The notes under the pieces were generated by a model. It ran no database searches. It was not told the DNA's origin and saw only the letters and a program-made list of their open reading frames with translations. The position numbers and the translations under genes are program-made. A DNA stretch of 63,900 nt, the filler included, from Craspedostauros australis (lineage: Eukaryota), in NCBI GenBank assembly GCA_030167865.1. It is 19 parts of 19 records of this genome, joined end to end, with 100 filler letters (N's around TTAATTAATTAA, not from the genome) between each part and the next. Parts side by side here need not be neighbours in the genome. Positions count along the whole stretch, not along the records: positions 34,003 to 36,420 come from JALAGF010001494.1; positions 36,521 to 41,142 come from JALAGF010001495.1; positions 41,243 to 43,423 come from JALAGF010001496.1; positions 43,524 to 44,579 come from JALAGF010001497.1; positions 44,680 to 50,318 come from JALAGF010001498.1; 14 more parts are not named here. One strand, written 5' to 3'. Below, in pieces: positions 35,480 to 46,752 of the stretch. The stretch's first letter is position 1. Each line of letters starts with the position of its first letter.

Positions 35480-36420
35480 GTCATGGTTGATCCCCCCAAA
35501 AAGCCTTCACAAAAGCCTGCACCCCGCACAGGCCCATCGCCCACCTCACCCTCATACATGCACCATGCATACGATGGATCACCCTACAGCAGCTCACGGC
35601 CACACATCATATTCCTCAATGGAATGCCTTCCTCTGCCATCTTCTTTGCAGATAACAACAACACATCCAATTCTGAGCAAAGTCCAACCTACAGAGACTT
35701 CCTTGGAAACAACAAATCCTGCAACAGCAGCAATATTTGGGGCAATCCAAATCTGCCTGCATCAGGTACCACTGCCTCCTCATTGGACAATGACACAAGT
35801 CATCAGTCCGGTCAGGAGAATGCTACAAATGGCAGCACTGTCAGCCCCATCCCCTCACCAACACGCAAATCCTACACTGACAGCAGCAGCATGCAAGAGT
35901 TCTCCAGAGACACCACCACCACACGAGGTAGTTGCCATGGTTGTGCATTCTTCACTCGGTGATGACAGCAACCAGAGAACCATTCCGCAGCTGGACTTCC
36001 CTCCATTCCCAACACCAACGGATGGGCAATCCCAGCACAACACTGTCTTCTCCAACAAATCCACCAAGTCACCCTGCAAATCCCNNNNNNNNNNNNNNNN
36101 NNNNNNNNNNNNNNNNNNNNNNNNNNNNNNNNNNNNNNNNNNNNNNNNNNNNNNNNNNNNNNNNNNNNNNNNNNNNNNNNNNNNNNNNNNNNNNNNNNNN
36201 NNNNNNNNNNNNNNNNNNNNNNNNNNNNNNNNNNNNNNNNNNNNNNNNTTTCCATCTACATTGATGGAAAGAATCCAACAGCATTCCAACAACCATCTCC
36301 GGAAGAGCGGCAGCATGGCTCCTGCCATCACAATTTCGGAGCTTTACATATTCCTGGCGATGTATTACTACATGGGAGTATGGACTGCACCATCCAAGAG
36401 GGACTATTGGCGTGCCACCC
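35480..36420 (+). mobile_element. piggyBac-like transposase, N-terminal fragment
   Basis: FPSTLMERIQQHSN..ITISELYIFLAMYYYMGVWTAPSKRDYW (36249-36420) fits the DDE_Tnp_1_7 start. The upstream part is low-complexity, frameshifted and gapped. Confidence 0.65.
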
Positions 36421-36996
36421 NNNNNNNNNNNNNNNNNNNNNNNNNNNNNNNNNNNNNNNNNNNNTTAATTAATTAANNNNNNNNNNNNNNNNNNNNNNNN
36501 NNNNNNNNNNNNNNNNNNNNATCCTGGACCGCTGACCAACACACCACCCGAAGCATAATGAAGCGACGAATACAACCATGCCATTCACTTGAGCAATTGA
36601 CGAAGCAGATTTGGATGCGGGTCTTTGGAAGGCAGTCGGTCGCTATTGGACCAAAACGCCACAAATTTCTGTACCAGAACGTCGTAGACTCTACGTGGTT
36701 ACCAATGGTTACCAACGAAAAAATTCCGAAATCGCGTNCGTACGTCGTCCGTGCGAAAAAGGCCGATAAAGGGTAAAAAGAGGCANCGAGATGAACGGAA
36801 AGCGGAGATCGTTTGCCAACAATGAACACATCAACAGAGAGCTCTCACTCTCCTCTTTCTAATAATGTAAAGATGTCAGGCAACGGCCATCAACTCATCG
36901 AATGGTTGCTTGTGCCGTCGGCGATATGCCAATGGTTACCAATAATTACCAATAATTACCAAAAAACCGTAAATTAGCCAATAGCCACTAGTAGTA

Positions 36997-37443
36997 CATG
37001 AACAACAACAAGAAGGAAGACAACAACAGGGTTCTGTTGTGTGGCATTGTCGAAAACGAGAATCTTCGACTGATACGACTATGAGTCAGATCACCAAAGA
37101 AGATCAATGACTGCGTTGACATCTGTCGAAGCACAACGAATGCGAGAGATCATTGATGGTGACACGCCAATGGTTCGAAATGGTTGTTGGGTGTTTCCGT
37201 TGGTCTGAACGGTGTTGTGGGTCTGCATCCAACAACTCGACTCCAGCCACAAACAACACCACATCAATTCGAAGCAAACAACGCGGAAGTCTCCGGAGAC
37301 TGAGAGACAGAGGGAGAGGGAGCCGTCGACGCCACCATGCGCACCATGACCCATGCTTGCTTGCGTCATCGTGGCATCTGCAAGACCGCTGACGCTCATC
37401 TGCCTGCCATCGCAAGCACCAACTTGAGGTGTGAACCAATGCC
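36997..37443 (-). repeat. Direct repeat of the ANK-BTB upstream module (pairs with 40705-41142)
   Basis: Shared AATCTTCGACTGAT, ACATCAATTCGAAGCAAACAACG, GTGGCATCTGCAAGACCGCTGACGCT, AAGCACCAACTTGAGGTGTGAACCAATGCC. Confidence 0.9.
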
Positions 37444-37742
37444 TCGAACAACAATGAAGCCACCAATGTGACTGCCTTTGTTGGTTGCCTTTGTTGGTTG
37501 CCTTTGTTGGTCGCGACCCATCTCATTTGAATTTGGCTGGTTGCCATCTCACCGTATTGCAAGCATCATCATCTGCGCGGACAACAAGAGTCCTCAACAT
37601 CCAACCAACATCACATTGCATATTGGGATGAGTTGACACGTTCAACAATCAACAGACGGAGCGATACCGTGCCGCCTCCACTGTTCCTGCCGCATGGACC
37701 ACCAACATACAATACCATGCGCGCTCTATCCAGAGGCAGGAG

Positions 37743-37853
37743 TGCCGCCGTCTTGGCTCGTGACTTTCAGAGCATCGATGCTCAACAGAGGCGATCGACA
37801 GGAACATCCACCTCACGAACAAGTTGGGAGCACCACGAAGGAGGACATGTGGG
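37743..37853 (+). pseudogene. Isolated fragment of a TM-EF-hand gene family member
   Basis: AAVLARDFQSIDAQ and, after a frameshift, VGSTTKEDMW match AAALAREFQKIDAQ..VGNITKEGMW at 58156-58042. Confidence 0.75.
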
Positions 37854-38690
37854 GATACGGTGCTCATGGGCCATGGATCGCTGACTGTGTGCTTCTTGTG
37901 CTGTATGGAACTCTGTGTCAACCATGATCCGCAATACGGCACTCGCACTCTGCATGGGGTTGCTCGTTGGTTGGTTGATTCGTTGGTTTCTTCTGTTGCT
38001 CGTCAAGCACTCTGGATGCTTGGACTGCGCTGGCTCGTCGGTTCTTGTATTTCCGCCACGCTGGCACTGCTCGCTTCGAAGAATGGAATGGATGGTGACC
38101 CCAGCATCTGTTGCTTCAACGGCGAGTGATCACTCCTCCTGGGACTGGTGAGGGTCTCGACTGCAGTGTTGGCACAATGGCGGGAGTGCAACTCATGAAG
38201 GGGTGAGGATGATAGCGCGATACGGGACGGTCGATGGAATCGCGCAGCAATCATGCTCCTCGCGGTTTCTCGTCATCTCCCTCTGCCTTGTCGCGATGTG
38301 CTCTTCGTAGATCGCCTCTTCCAGAAACTTGGATCGGCTGGCATCGGCACTGTCGCTTTCCATCTGCTTGGCAGTGTGACTTGGAGTAGAGTGCTATGTG
38401 TGCGAATCCGGTGGCATGGTGACGACCGCACTGCGACGACCGCACAGCTTGTGAACATGCTGCTGCCATGCGTTCTTTGTCTGCGCAATGAACCAACAAT
38501 GATGCTGATGGCGGAGCGTAGATGGAACCACGGACGTCTAATCTGCTCGTGAATGACATCGGCAACATCCCTGTGTGCGTATGTACCGCAGAGAGCGGAC
38601 CAGACAAGTCGTACACAAGGCAGAGGCAGCCTGGGAGCAGTATCCAGCCCTTCAATCTCTTGAAACATCCGGTGCCTTCATCACAGTGTT

Positions 38691-39554
38691 CTATTGCACG
38701 AGCAGATATAGTACTGTGCTCTCATCCTCATCCGTAACCTTGTACAGGTCCATCATGAACATACAACTGTACTCATCATCAATACCATCACTCTCCGCTC
38801 CCCCACTGCGGAGGATATGAATGCCTCCCATCAGTTGATGCTGTAGAATTATCTTGCTGAAATCTGGATGAGCAAACATATCTTTCTCATTTTCAGCTGC
38901 CATTCTCATTGCTGCATCCTTCAACACCACACAGTTGTGTTGATGGGCGAATATCAACACATCTATCATGGTGTCCTCTGTGAGATGCTTGTGGGCCAAC
39001 TCCGCTTCAAGAACAAGCTTGAGTCGCCAGAAGCCGAACTCGTTGGCCACCAGGATCAGCTGGTGCAGATCATGCTGTCCAGTGAGGATAGGAGTTGGCT
39101 GGTTTGCATCATCGTCGCCAGCGTAGTCATGAGGGTTGTTGTTGAAGGATATCTCACCTCTGTAGATACATTGGAGGACGTATCGGACGTGTTTTGGTTG
39201 AAGGTTGGGAAGAGGGATGGTTACTTGCATGGGGGGCGCGCCGTCTTCGGTGCCATCATTCGCGTGCTGATGTTGGATCCATTTGTTGATCAGTGTCTCA
39301 ATGGTTGGGATGGTCATCATGAGGACTTCGGAGTTTGCTTTGATTGGTTGCTACTCGTCGCCCTGTCCACACAAGAAGATGGTGTCTGTCCTGTTCTCGA
39401 TTTAAAGGTATCTGAGTTGGTCTTTTCCAATGCTGATGTTGGTCCTCTTGTGGCTACTGTGTTTGTGACCATTCTCTTGCTTCTTCCGCTTCAACTGCTG
39501 TCCCAACTGTTCTTGTGGTTGTCCATTCTCTTGCTTGATTTGTTGTCAGCGTTG
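38691..39554 (-). pseudogene. Linker plus BTB/POZ-BACK of ANK-BTB copy B (core 39320-38691 open, linker carries in-frame stops)
   Basis: VRYVLQCIYRG..LILVANEFGFWRLKLVLEAEL..TMIDVLIFAHQHNCVVLKDAAM..HPDF. In frame with the ANK ORF but separated by TAA, TGA, TAA, TAG. Confidence 0.85.
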
Positions 39555-40397
39555 TTACAGTTGTGGGTTGCGTCGACTTGGACGCTGCATGATAAATCTC
39601 TTGATTCTGGCATACTCTTCTGCATAGATCCAATCGAGGTGTGGTTTGTTGTTGTTGTTGTTTTGGATGTCGATATCGGCATCGGCTGATTCGATGAGGT
39701 ACACGATACACGTCAGCTCGCCGGTGCAGCATGCATCATGAAGAGGAGTGTCACCATAGTTGTCTTTGCAGTTGATGTCCGCCTCACATGATTCGATGAG
39801 GTACTCCACACATTCCAGGTGGCCTCCCCTGCATGCGTGATGAAGGGGAGTGGAACCAAACTTGGTTTTGCCGATGATGTGCACCCCACATGATTCGATG
39901 AGGTACTTGACACAGTTCAGCTTGCCCCACTCGCATGCCACATTGAGGGGAGTGTCACCATCGTTGTCTACGCAGTTGATGTTCGTCCCACATGATTCGA
40001 TGAGGTACTTCACACACTCCAGTTGGCCGTAGCGGCATGCCCAATGAAGGGGAGCCCAACCATCGTAGTTTTCGCAGTTGATGTTCGCCCCACATGATTT
40101 GATGAGGTACTTCGCACACTCCAGTTGGCCGCTGTAGCATGCGTCATGAAGGGGAGTGTCACGATGGTTGGTCTTGCTGTTGATGTTCGCCCCACATGAT
40201 TCGATGAGGTACTTCGCACACTGTAGGCGGCCATAAATGCATGCCTCATGAAGGGGAGTCCGACCACTCCAGTCTGTAACCTTGTTGACATCAACTCCTT
40301 CATTCTGCGTCTTGTGCTGCTTCTTCCATTCCTTCAACACCGACAAGTCACCTGTCTTGACAGCACGAAGGAGTTGTTCATTCGTAACATTCTCCAT
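39555..40397 (-). CDS. Ankyrin-repeat protein (6 repeats), copy B
   Basis: MENVTNEQLLRAVKTGDLSVLKEWKKQ followed by six 34-aa ankyrin repeats. Confidence 0.9.
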   Translation of the reverse strand: MENVTNEQLLRAVKTGDLSVLKEWKKQHKTQNEGVDVNKVTDWSGRTPLHEACIYGRLQCAKYLIESCGANINSKTNHRDTPLHDACYSGQLECAKYLIKSCGANINCENYDGWAPLHWACRYGQLECVKYLIESCGTNINCVDNDGDTPLNVACEWGKLNCVKYLIESCGVHIIGKTKFGSTPLHHACRGGHLECVEYLIESCEADINCKDNYGDTPLHDACCTGELTCIVYLIESADADIDIQNNNNNKPHLDWIYAEEYARIKRFIMQRPSRRNPQL

Positions 40398-40639
40398 TTT
40401 GAGAGGATGGTCGATGGTTGCTGGATGATTGACGTTGAACGATTGGCGTTGGATTGGCTGTCGAGGAAGTGTATAGTCTGAGCTATCTACTATGAGGCAG
40501 AGATATCGATGGTGGTGTCTGCACTGGCTTGTATTCGTACGAGTACTCGTATCATGCACTGTGTGATGAATGTGAGAGGCAATCCGATGTCTGTTGTTGA
40601 TGTGCTCGAGTATGGGGTTGAGTGGTGTGTGTTGATGTC

Positions 40640-41142
40640 TGTGTTTGCCTCCTCCTCTTGATCACATGGTTTGGATCCTTCTGTCCCCATCCACCACAGA
40701 AATGCACACAGACAACAAGAAGGAAGGAAAGACGTTCCCACCACAACAGAGTTCTCTTTTGTGGGTCTTGGAAAACCCGAATCTTCGACTGATTCGACTA
40801 TGAGTGAAGCCATCAAAGAAGCTCAACGAATGAGAGAGATCGTTGATGGTGACACGCAGGTGATTCGAAATGGTCGTTGAGTGTTTCCGTCAGTCTGAAC
40901 GGCGTGAGTTTGCCTCCAACCCCTTGACTCCAGCCACAACCAACACAACATCAATTCGAAGCAAACAACGTGAAAGTCTTCGGAGGCAGAGATACAGAGG
41001 GAGCTGCCATCACCATCACCACCACCATGTGCGCCATGTGCACCATGGCCCACGCTTGCTTGTGTTATCGTGGCATCTGCAAGACCGCTGACGCTTGTCC
41101 GCCTGTCATCACAAGCACCAACTTGAGGTGTGAACCAATGCC
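40640..41142 (-). repeat. Upstream module of ANK-BTB copy B
   Basis: Similar to 36997-37443 (direct) and 11840-12109 (inverted). Confidence 0.9.
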
Positions 41143-41242
41143 NNNNNNNNNNNNNNNNNNNNNNNNNNNNNNNNNNNNNNNNNNNNTTAATTAATTAANN
41201 NNNNNNNNNNNNNNNNNNNNNNNNNNNNNNNNNNNNNNNNNN

Positions 41243-43059
41243 GTTGCTGCTGCTTTCTTCGTCAGTGCTCTCTTCGGATGCACCTGGCTGTGGGGGCGCG
41301 TTGCCTGCTGCTCTTGCCATGGCAGCTGCTGCTGCTGCTATGGCTGTCGCACGTGGCTGCGGGGGCACATTGGCCGCCATCGCGACTCCTGTGGTGGTTG
41401 GTGTTTGCTGCTGCCACGCCTGGCTGTGGGGGCGCGTTGGCCGCCGTCTCGACGGCGGTGGTGGTTGGTGTGTTGGCTGCTGCTCTTGCCATGGCAGCTG
41501 CAGCTGCCAAGGCTGCCATATCTGGGAGTGGGGGCGCGTTGGCCGCCGTCTCCACTCCGGTGTTGGTTGGTGTGCTGGTTGGCGCGCTGGTTCGTGCGCT
41601 GGCTGGTGCTGCGGAAGCAGCTACCATTGGGCGTGTGGACACCGCGGTGGGTGGGTCCTTGCGCTGCTTTGTTGCAACAACGCACCCATGGTTCCAGTTG
41701 GGTGCGTTGCCGGTGGGGCGGGGACCGCCATGGTGAGAGGCGGTCCCAACATGGTGGCTTGTGTTGTTGTTGGGTGGTGTTGTGTTGGGGTGGTTTTGGT
41801 TTTTGTGGTTGTTGTTGTGGTTTGGAGAGACGGAATCCGCGCTGCTGGAGTCAATGGTGCGGACACTGCGCACGCTCGCAGTGTGTTGGTGTTGTTCGTT
41901 GCTGTTGCTCCTGACGATCTCCGGTGCAATCACCACTTCTGCGTTCGTGTTGGTGCTGACATACGACTGCACACGATCAGCATGGACGGCATTCGCATTG
42001 CTCTTTTCAGCGACAACTGGTTCATCAACGCTGTCATCACTCAGAAGGTCAATGACATCAGGCTGGACAAGCAGAAGGGAAGAAGGCACATGTGTGGATA
42101 ACGGTCGAAACGGAAAAAGAGCGGTGAGTGAGAGACAATTGAGCTCATGCGGTTCGCATTTGTTGCAGTTGGGTGTCACTTACGTTGCTTGTTGTGCCGG
42201 CTGTATCAGTCACAAAGTCATATTTTTCGTCATCGTCGGACAAACTGTCGGAGTCCAGAATCGCGCACAGTTTGTCAAGCTTAGTCGTGCGCGCTTTCTT
42301 GGGGAGGGGGGCGCGAAGTTCGCTCATGTGGGGAGGATGTGGCGTGTTGCGCGCGGCTCTCTTCGTAGGCTTGAGCGCCAGTGTTGTTTCTGGAAGCGCC
42401 TCCACCATCCGGACAAGGAGCATTGGCGCTCGCGCGATTTGCTGTTTGTTGTGGGTAGAGGAGTTGAGAGGGACAAGGGGCTCAATGAAGTTGAGGTGCA
42501 AAAACACACCAAATGGGTCATTATCGAGCATGCCAGCCACAACACAAGGAAGGTCTTCATGATGTACACGTGTTTTGGTGTCTGCAGAATTCCAGACACA
42601 TTTTGTCGCGCGTTTGTATGCGACCTTGCGTTCGCCTTGAAGGTAGAAAGCTGTGGCATTGGGGGCTGTTTTGTTGTTTGGTTCTTGGTTGTACAAAGAA
42701 AGGAGTTCGTGGTCTTGATGCAAGGTTGTGTTTGTGAGTGCGGCATTGGCCTCCACCTTGATGTGAAGTTGAGTGCCGTTAACAATGATACATTCAACAT
42801 CATCCGCACATGATCCACCAGGGAGAACAAAGTCAATACCGATGACACGATGGTTCTCATGCATGTATTCGTGGCGGTGCGCGGCAATCCCCACAGTTCT
42901 GTTGCGTTCAAGCCAGGACGCAGTGGTCAGAACCGTCGTCTCCTTGATTCGCGCAGGAGTCACAGATACAGGTTCTTCAGGTTCAGACACGTCTTCGCCA
43001 GAGACATCTTCGCTCTGTCCATGCACAATCGTACTTACCTGTTGGCAAGTTCCGCTCAC
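41243..43059 (-). CDS. Uncharacterised spliced gene (exon ~43059-42184, intron 42183-42063, exon 42062-~41243): globular domain plus Ala/Pro/Thr-rich repeats; possibly pseudogenised
   Basis: GTAAGT donor and polypyrimidine-TCCAG acceptor join the two minus-strand ORFs in phase 0. An apparent 2-nt deletion near 41400 shifts the VETAANAPP repeat frame. The 5' end abuts a repeat. Confidence 0.6.
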
Positions 43060-43062
43060 GGT

Positions 43063-43423
43063 AACCTACGATCGTGGAAGGTGGTGTTGGTTGATAGTCG
43101 TTCGTTTGCTATTTCATTAGTTGGCTACTCCGATGCTCTCGGTGTACGCCCGTTCTCTCGCCCGATGCTCTCGGCGCTTCAATCTGTTTCGTAGATTCGG
43201 TCTCCGACTATGAGTCGGTACGCGAGATGCTCTCTCGCTCCTCTCTGTATTCTCTTTACTCTCTCTTTCTCAACATCGTGTATTTGCACTACACGATACT
43301 CCATGTTCGATGCGTGCTCCGCATTCGACACTCTGTTCGTTCAGTACTGGCTCCTACTCCATGAGTACTCGCCATTTGAAGTTCACCTTCAGTATCCATG
43401 ATGCTGATGTCCTTCGGTCATCG
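43063..43423. repeat. Interspersed non-coding repeat, copy 2 (homologous to 11047-11400)
   Basis: Colinear similarity running to the contig end. Confidence 0.9.
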
Positions 43424-43523
43424 NNNNNNNNNNNNNNNNNNNNNNNNNNNNNNNNNNNNNNNNNNNNTTAATTAATTAANNNNNNNNNNNNNNNNNNNNN
43501 NNNNNNNNNNNNNNNNNNNNNNN

Positions 43524-44579
43524 CGCAGCATCCATGACAAACCCAGGAGAACGCGCCGATCGCGATCCAACATCATGGACGTGGCACCCGTCAGTCCCAA
43601 ACGCAAGCCATCGACGCAGGCCGAACCCGGCTGGACTCCCGAAGCGTTGTGTCCGCCATTTCTTTCGCCGCAAAAAGGCAATGCGCCGGAATGGGTGCCG
43701 CTGCGCGATGGATCGTCCGCATCGAAGGAGCCGAAGGCCGTACGACAAGCCAATCGACGGCGGTCAAGGCATGCTGCCGAAACCACGTCTCGCATGTCGA
43801 GAAGCACGTCCGATGATGATCTCCTCACGACCAAACGCAAGCAGCTGCTGTCCAAATTGTATCACGAAGATTTCGCGTCGCCCAATTCGGATGGCTACGC
43901 GTCATCGGATACCGACACTGTGCCGGTCAACCAGTGTGCGGTCGATGACTCGAGCGAGACATTNCAAAAGGCCGCATCGGCAGAATCGCTGATGCAGCAG
44001 AGAGAATACGATGCGGGACGATCGAGGGAGAGCCACAGTGGATCCTTCAACGGTTCCTTCGATTCGTCCTTCGATTCGTTGTCGTCGTCGGAGATCAAAC
44101 CGCTGAAGCGCAAGGAATTGAGATCGGCGCTCAAAAAGACATCGTCGTTTGGAGATGAACGACGCATGTATGCATCTTCGCCGTCCACCAATGCGCAGCA
44201 TCGTATGGATTCCGATTCTTCATTCGGCACCATCGAATCGTTGACTTCGCCGACACCATCGAATGCAACAGCGNCAACNGTATCCGTATCANTNTCAGAC
44301 AAAGGATCTACGACAGAATCCAGGCGCAAGGCAATGCGCNGATGTGTCAGTTTCCAAAACATCGAAGTCATTGAGCATGCNGTCGTGCTGGGCGATTCCA
44401 AGACGTCGAAAGATGAATATCCCATCACGTTGGACTGGGAGCCACAGGCCAGAACCTCCTGCAGGTTGGACTCTTATGAAAAGAATCGAGAAAGCACCAG
44501 GCGCGGCAAGGCCAAGCGGCTGCCGGGACATGTGCGCAAGGACCTCCTGCGTCGCAACGGATTCTCCGCCGATGACATC
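43524..44579 (+). CDS. 3' part of the gene at 44680-46394, with the stramenopile 'VSF..IEV.E...LGD...PITLDW...D.YE..R' domain
   Basis: 43524-43963 is the reverse complement of 44680-45119. The frame is open to the contig end. Scattered single Ns suggest heterozygous sites. Confidence 0.8.
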
Positions 44580-44679
44580 NNNNNNNNNNNNNNNNNNNNN
44601 NNNNNNNNNNNNNNNNNNNNNNNTTAATTAATTAANNNNNNNNNNNNNNNNNNNNNNNNNNNNNNNNNNNNNNNNNNNN

Positions 44680-46394
44680 AATGTCTCGCTCGAGTCATCG
44701 ACCGCACACTGGTTGACCGGCACAGTGTCGGTATCCGATGACGCGTAGCCATCCGAATTGGGCGACGCGAAATCTTCGTGATACAATTTGGACAGCAGCT
44801 GCTTGCGTTTGGTCGTGAGGAGATCATCATCGGACGTGCTTCTCGACATGCGAGACGTGGTTTCGGCAGCATGCCTTGACCGCCGTCGATTGGCTTGTCG
44901 TACGGCCTTCGGCTCCTTCGATGCGGACGATCCATCGCGCAGCGGCACCCATTCCGGCGCATTGCCTTTTTGCGGCGAAAGAAATGGCGGACACAACGCT
45001 TCGGGAGTCCAGCCGGGTTCGGCCTGCGTCGATGGCTTGCGTTTGGGACTGACGGGTGCCACGTCCATGATGTTGGATCGCGATCGGCGCGTTCTCCTGG
45101 GTTTGTCATGGATGCTGCGCCCCCGCCGCGGTTTGCGCTGCTGCAGCACGGCATGCGCCGATGATATCGACAGTGGCTCGGTGGATTGTCTGCGAGAAGA
45201 CTTTCTGCGATACCGCCGCGTGCGTTCCTTGCCCCATTCCGTTTCGCCGTGATACGATCGTGTGGCAAGCGGGTCAACCTTCTTCTTGCGACGTGATGCA
45301 TCAGTTGCTGTGGACAACAAGGATTGGAGCGATTCGTTGAGCAGAGCGCGATCGCGTGATGAGGCTTGCCACAGTTTATCACAATTGTCGTCATCGTCGT
45401 CGTCATTGTCGTGAAGAGTTCTGGAACTGCTACGACGCCGTCGGACTCTTTCCCTTGGCTGCTGATCCTGATGTGCATGATGTTGCGAATGATCCGCGCT
45501 GCGGCTGCGTCTTGCAACATACGTGTTGACCCTTATCGAATCGCGTCTCGTCCTGCTCCTCCTTCGTCTGCTGCTCGTCTCGGCAGCAGTTGTATTGCCG
45601 ATGCTGTGACTGATGCTGCCACTGCTGGTATAGCTGTGATTCCGGGCCTTTCTCCTGCTGCGTGTCGCACCAACGGTGACATTATGATCGGAAGACGACA
45701 TGAGCTGTGCATTGCGCGAGCGCCGCTTGCTGGAACGCCTCCTGGAAACAGGTCTGTGTGACGGTGAGGACGGATCCACGTTGAGATCACCATGCGATCT
45801 GGCCTTGTGCATCAGCGCTCGTCGATTCGCTGCATTCTCGAGATGGTAGTCGCTCTTTCGTATCGGTATCTGCAGTTCGGTGTCATGAATGCGACGCTGC
45901 GCAGGCTCATCGTTGTTGATGGCAGCGTTTGTGGTGGTGTTGATGATGATGGTTCTGGTTTTGGCAACGGCATGAGCTGCAGTATCGCTGGCAATGACAT
46001 GACTAATGTCGATACTGTCAGGGCGTGGTCCATCATCATCAACAACATCATCATCGACATCCACATCATCATTGTCAACACCATCATGGTAATCATGATG
46101 ACCGCCATTGCAATCGCCGTCTTCGTTGACCTGCTCGTCGCGATCATCGCCGAACGAATTGACGGACCCTGTCGAGTTGCTGAAGGACGAGTCATCCTGC
46201 CGACGCAGCAGATGCTGCATCTCGCAGGTGGACCAGCGGCACACGTCCGTCATGAGCGCCGAAGCGGAACGTCGTCGATACGTGGGTCCGTTCACCTGCG
46301 TCAGGAAGCGCACGTCGGAGGACGAAGCGCGTCGTGGACGAGCGACGGGGACGTTATCTTGTGGTGTTTGCGCTGATGCCATGGCGGTGTGCAT
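44680..46394 (-). CDS. 5' part of a large Ser/Arg-rich disordered protein, continued on the preceding contig
   Basis: Open frame to the contig end, with an overlap identical to 43524-43963. Confidence 0.75.
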
Positions 46395-46752
46395 GCCTGT
46401 GTGGCGTGGATCAACGCGCTGCTGTCTCTTGGAGTGTGCAGAGTATTGGCAGTATTGGCCGTAAAGGTGGTATAGTACTATAGGTAAGCGATTTTCTGGA
46501 TGGATTGTACTTGAGCTCTATAGTAGACTTGCCTACGCAGCGCGACTTGTCAACCACAAAACTCTTCAGGAAATGTCATCGTTAGGCATTTGCTGCGATC
46601 TGGAGGATCGTATCACCATTCCTGCCGAAATGGTGTAAGACGTCGATGCCGAATGGGGAGTATTTCTTTCGCCTCCCCACCAACATGCTTCCGCCACCTC
46701 GTGTCCTGTTGCATCATCGCGATCTAGTATGCATTGACACTGCTCGCCAGCT

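Noticed and set aside
34169..35490. Long His/Ser/Gln-rich ORFs (597, 658, 340 aa)
   Set aside because: Products of an 8-bp satellite that lacks stops on the plus strand.
43524..45119. Large inverted repeat or hairpin locus
   Set aside because: The arms are on different contigs. This is an overlap of one gene in opposite orientation.
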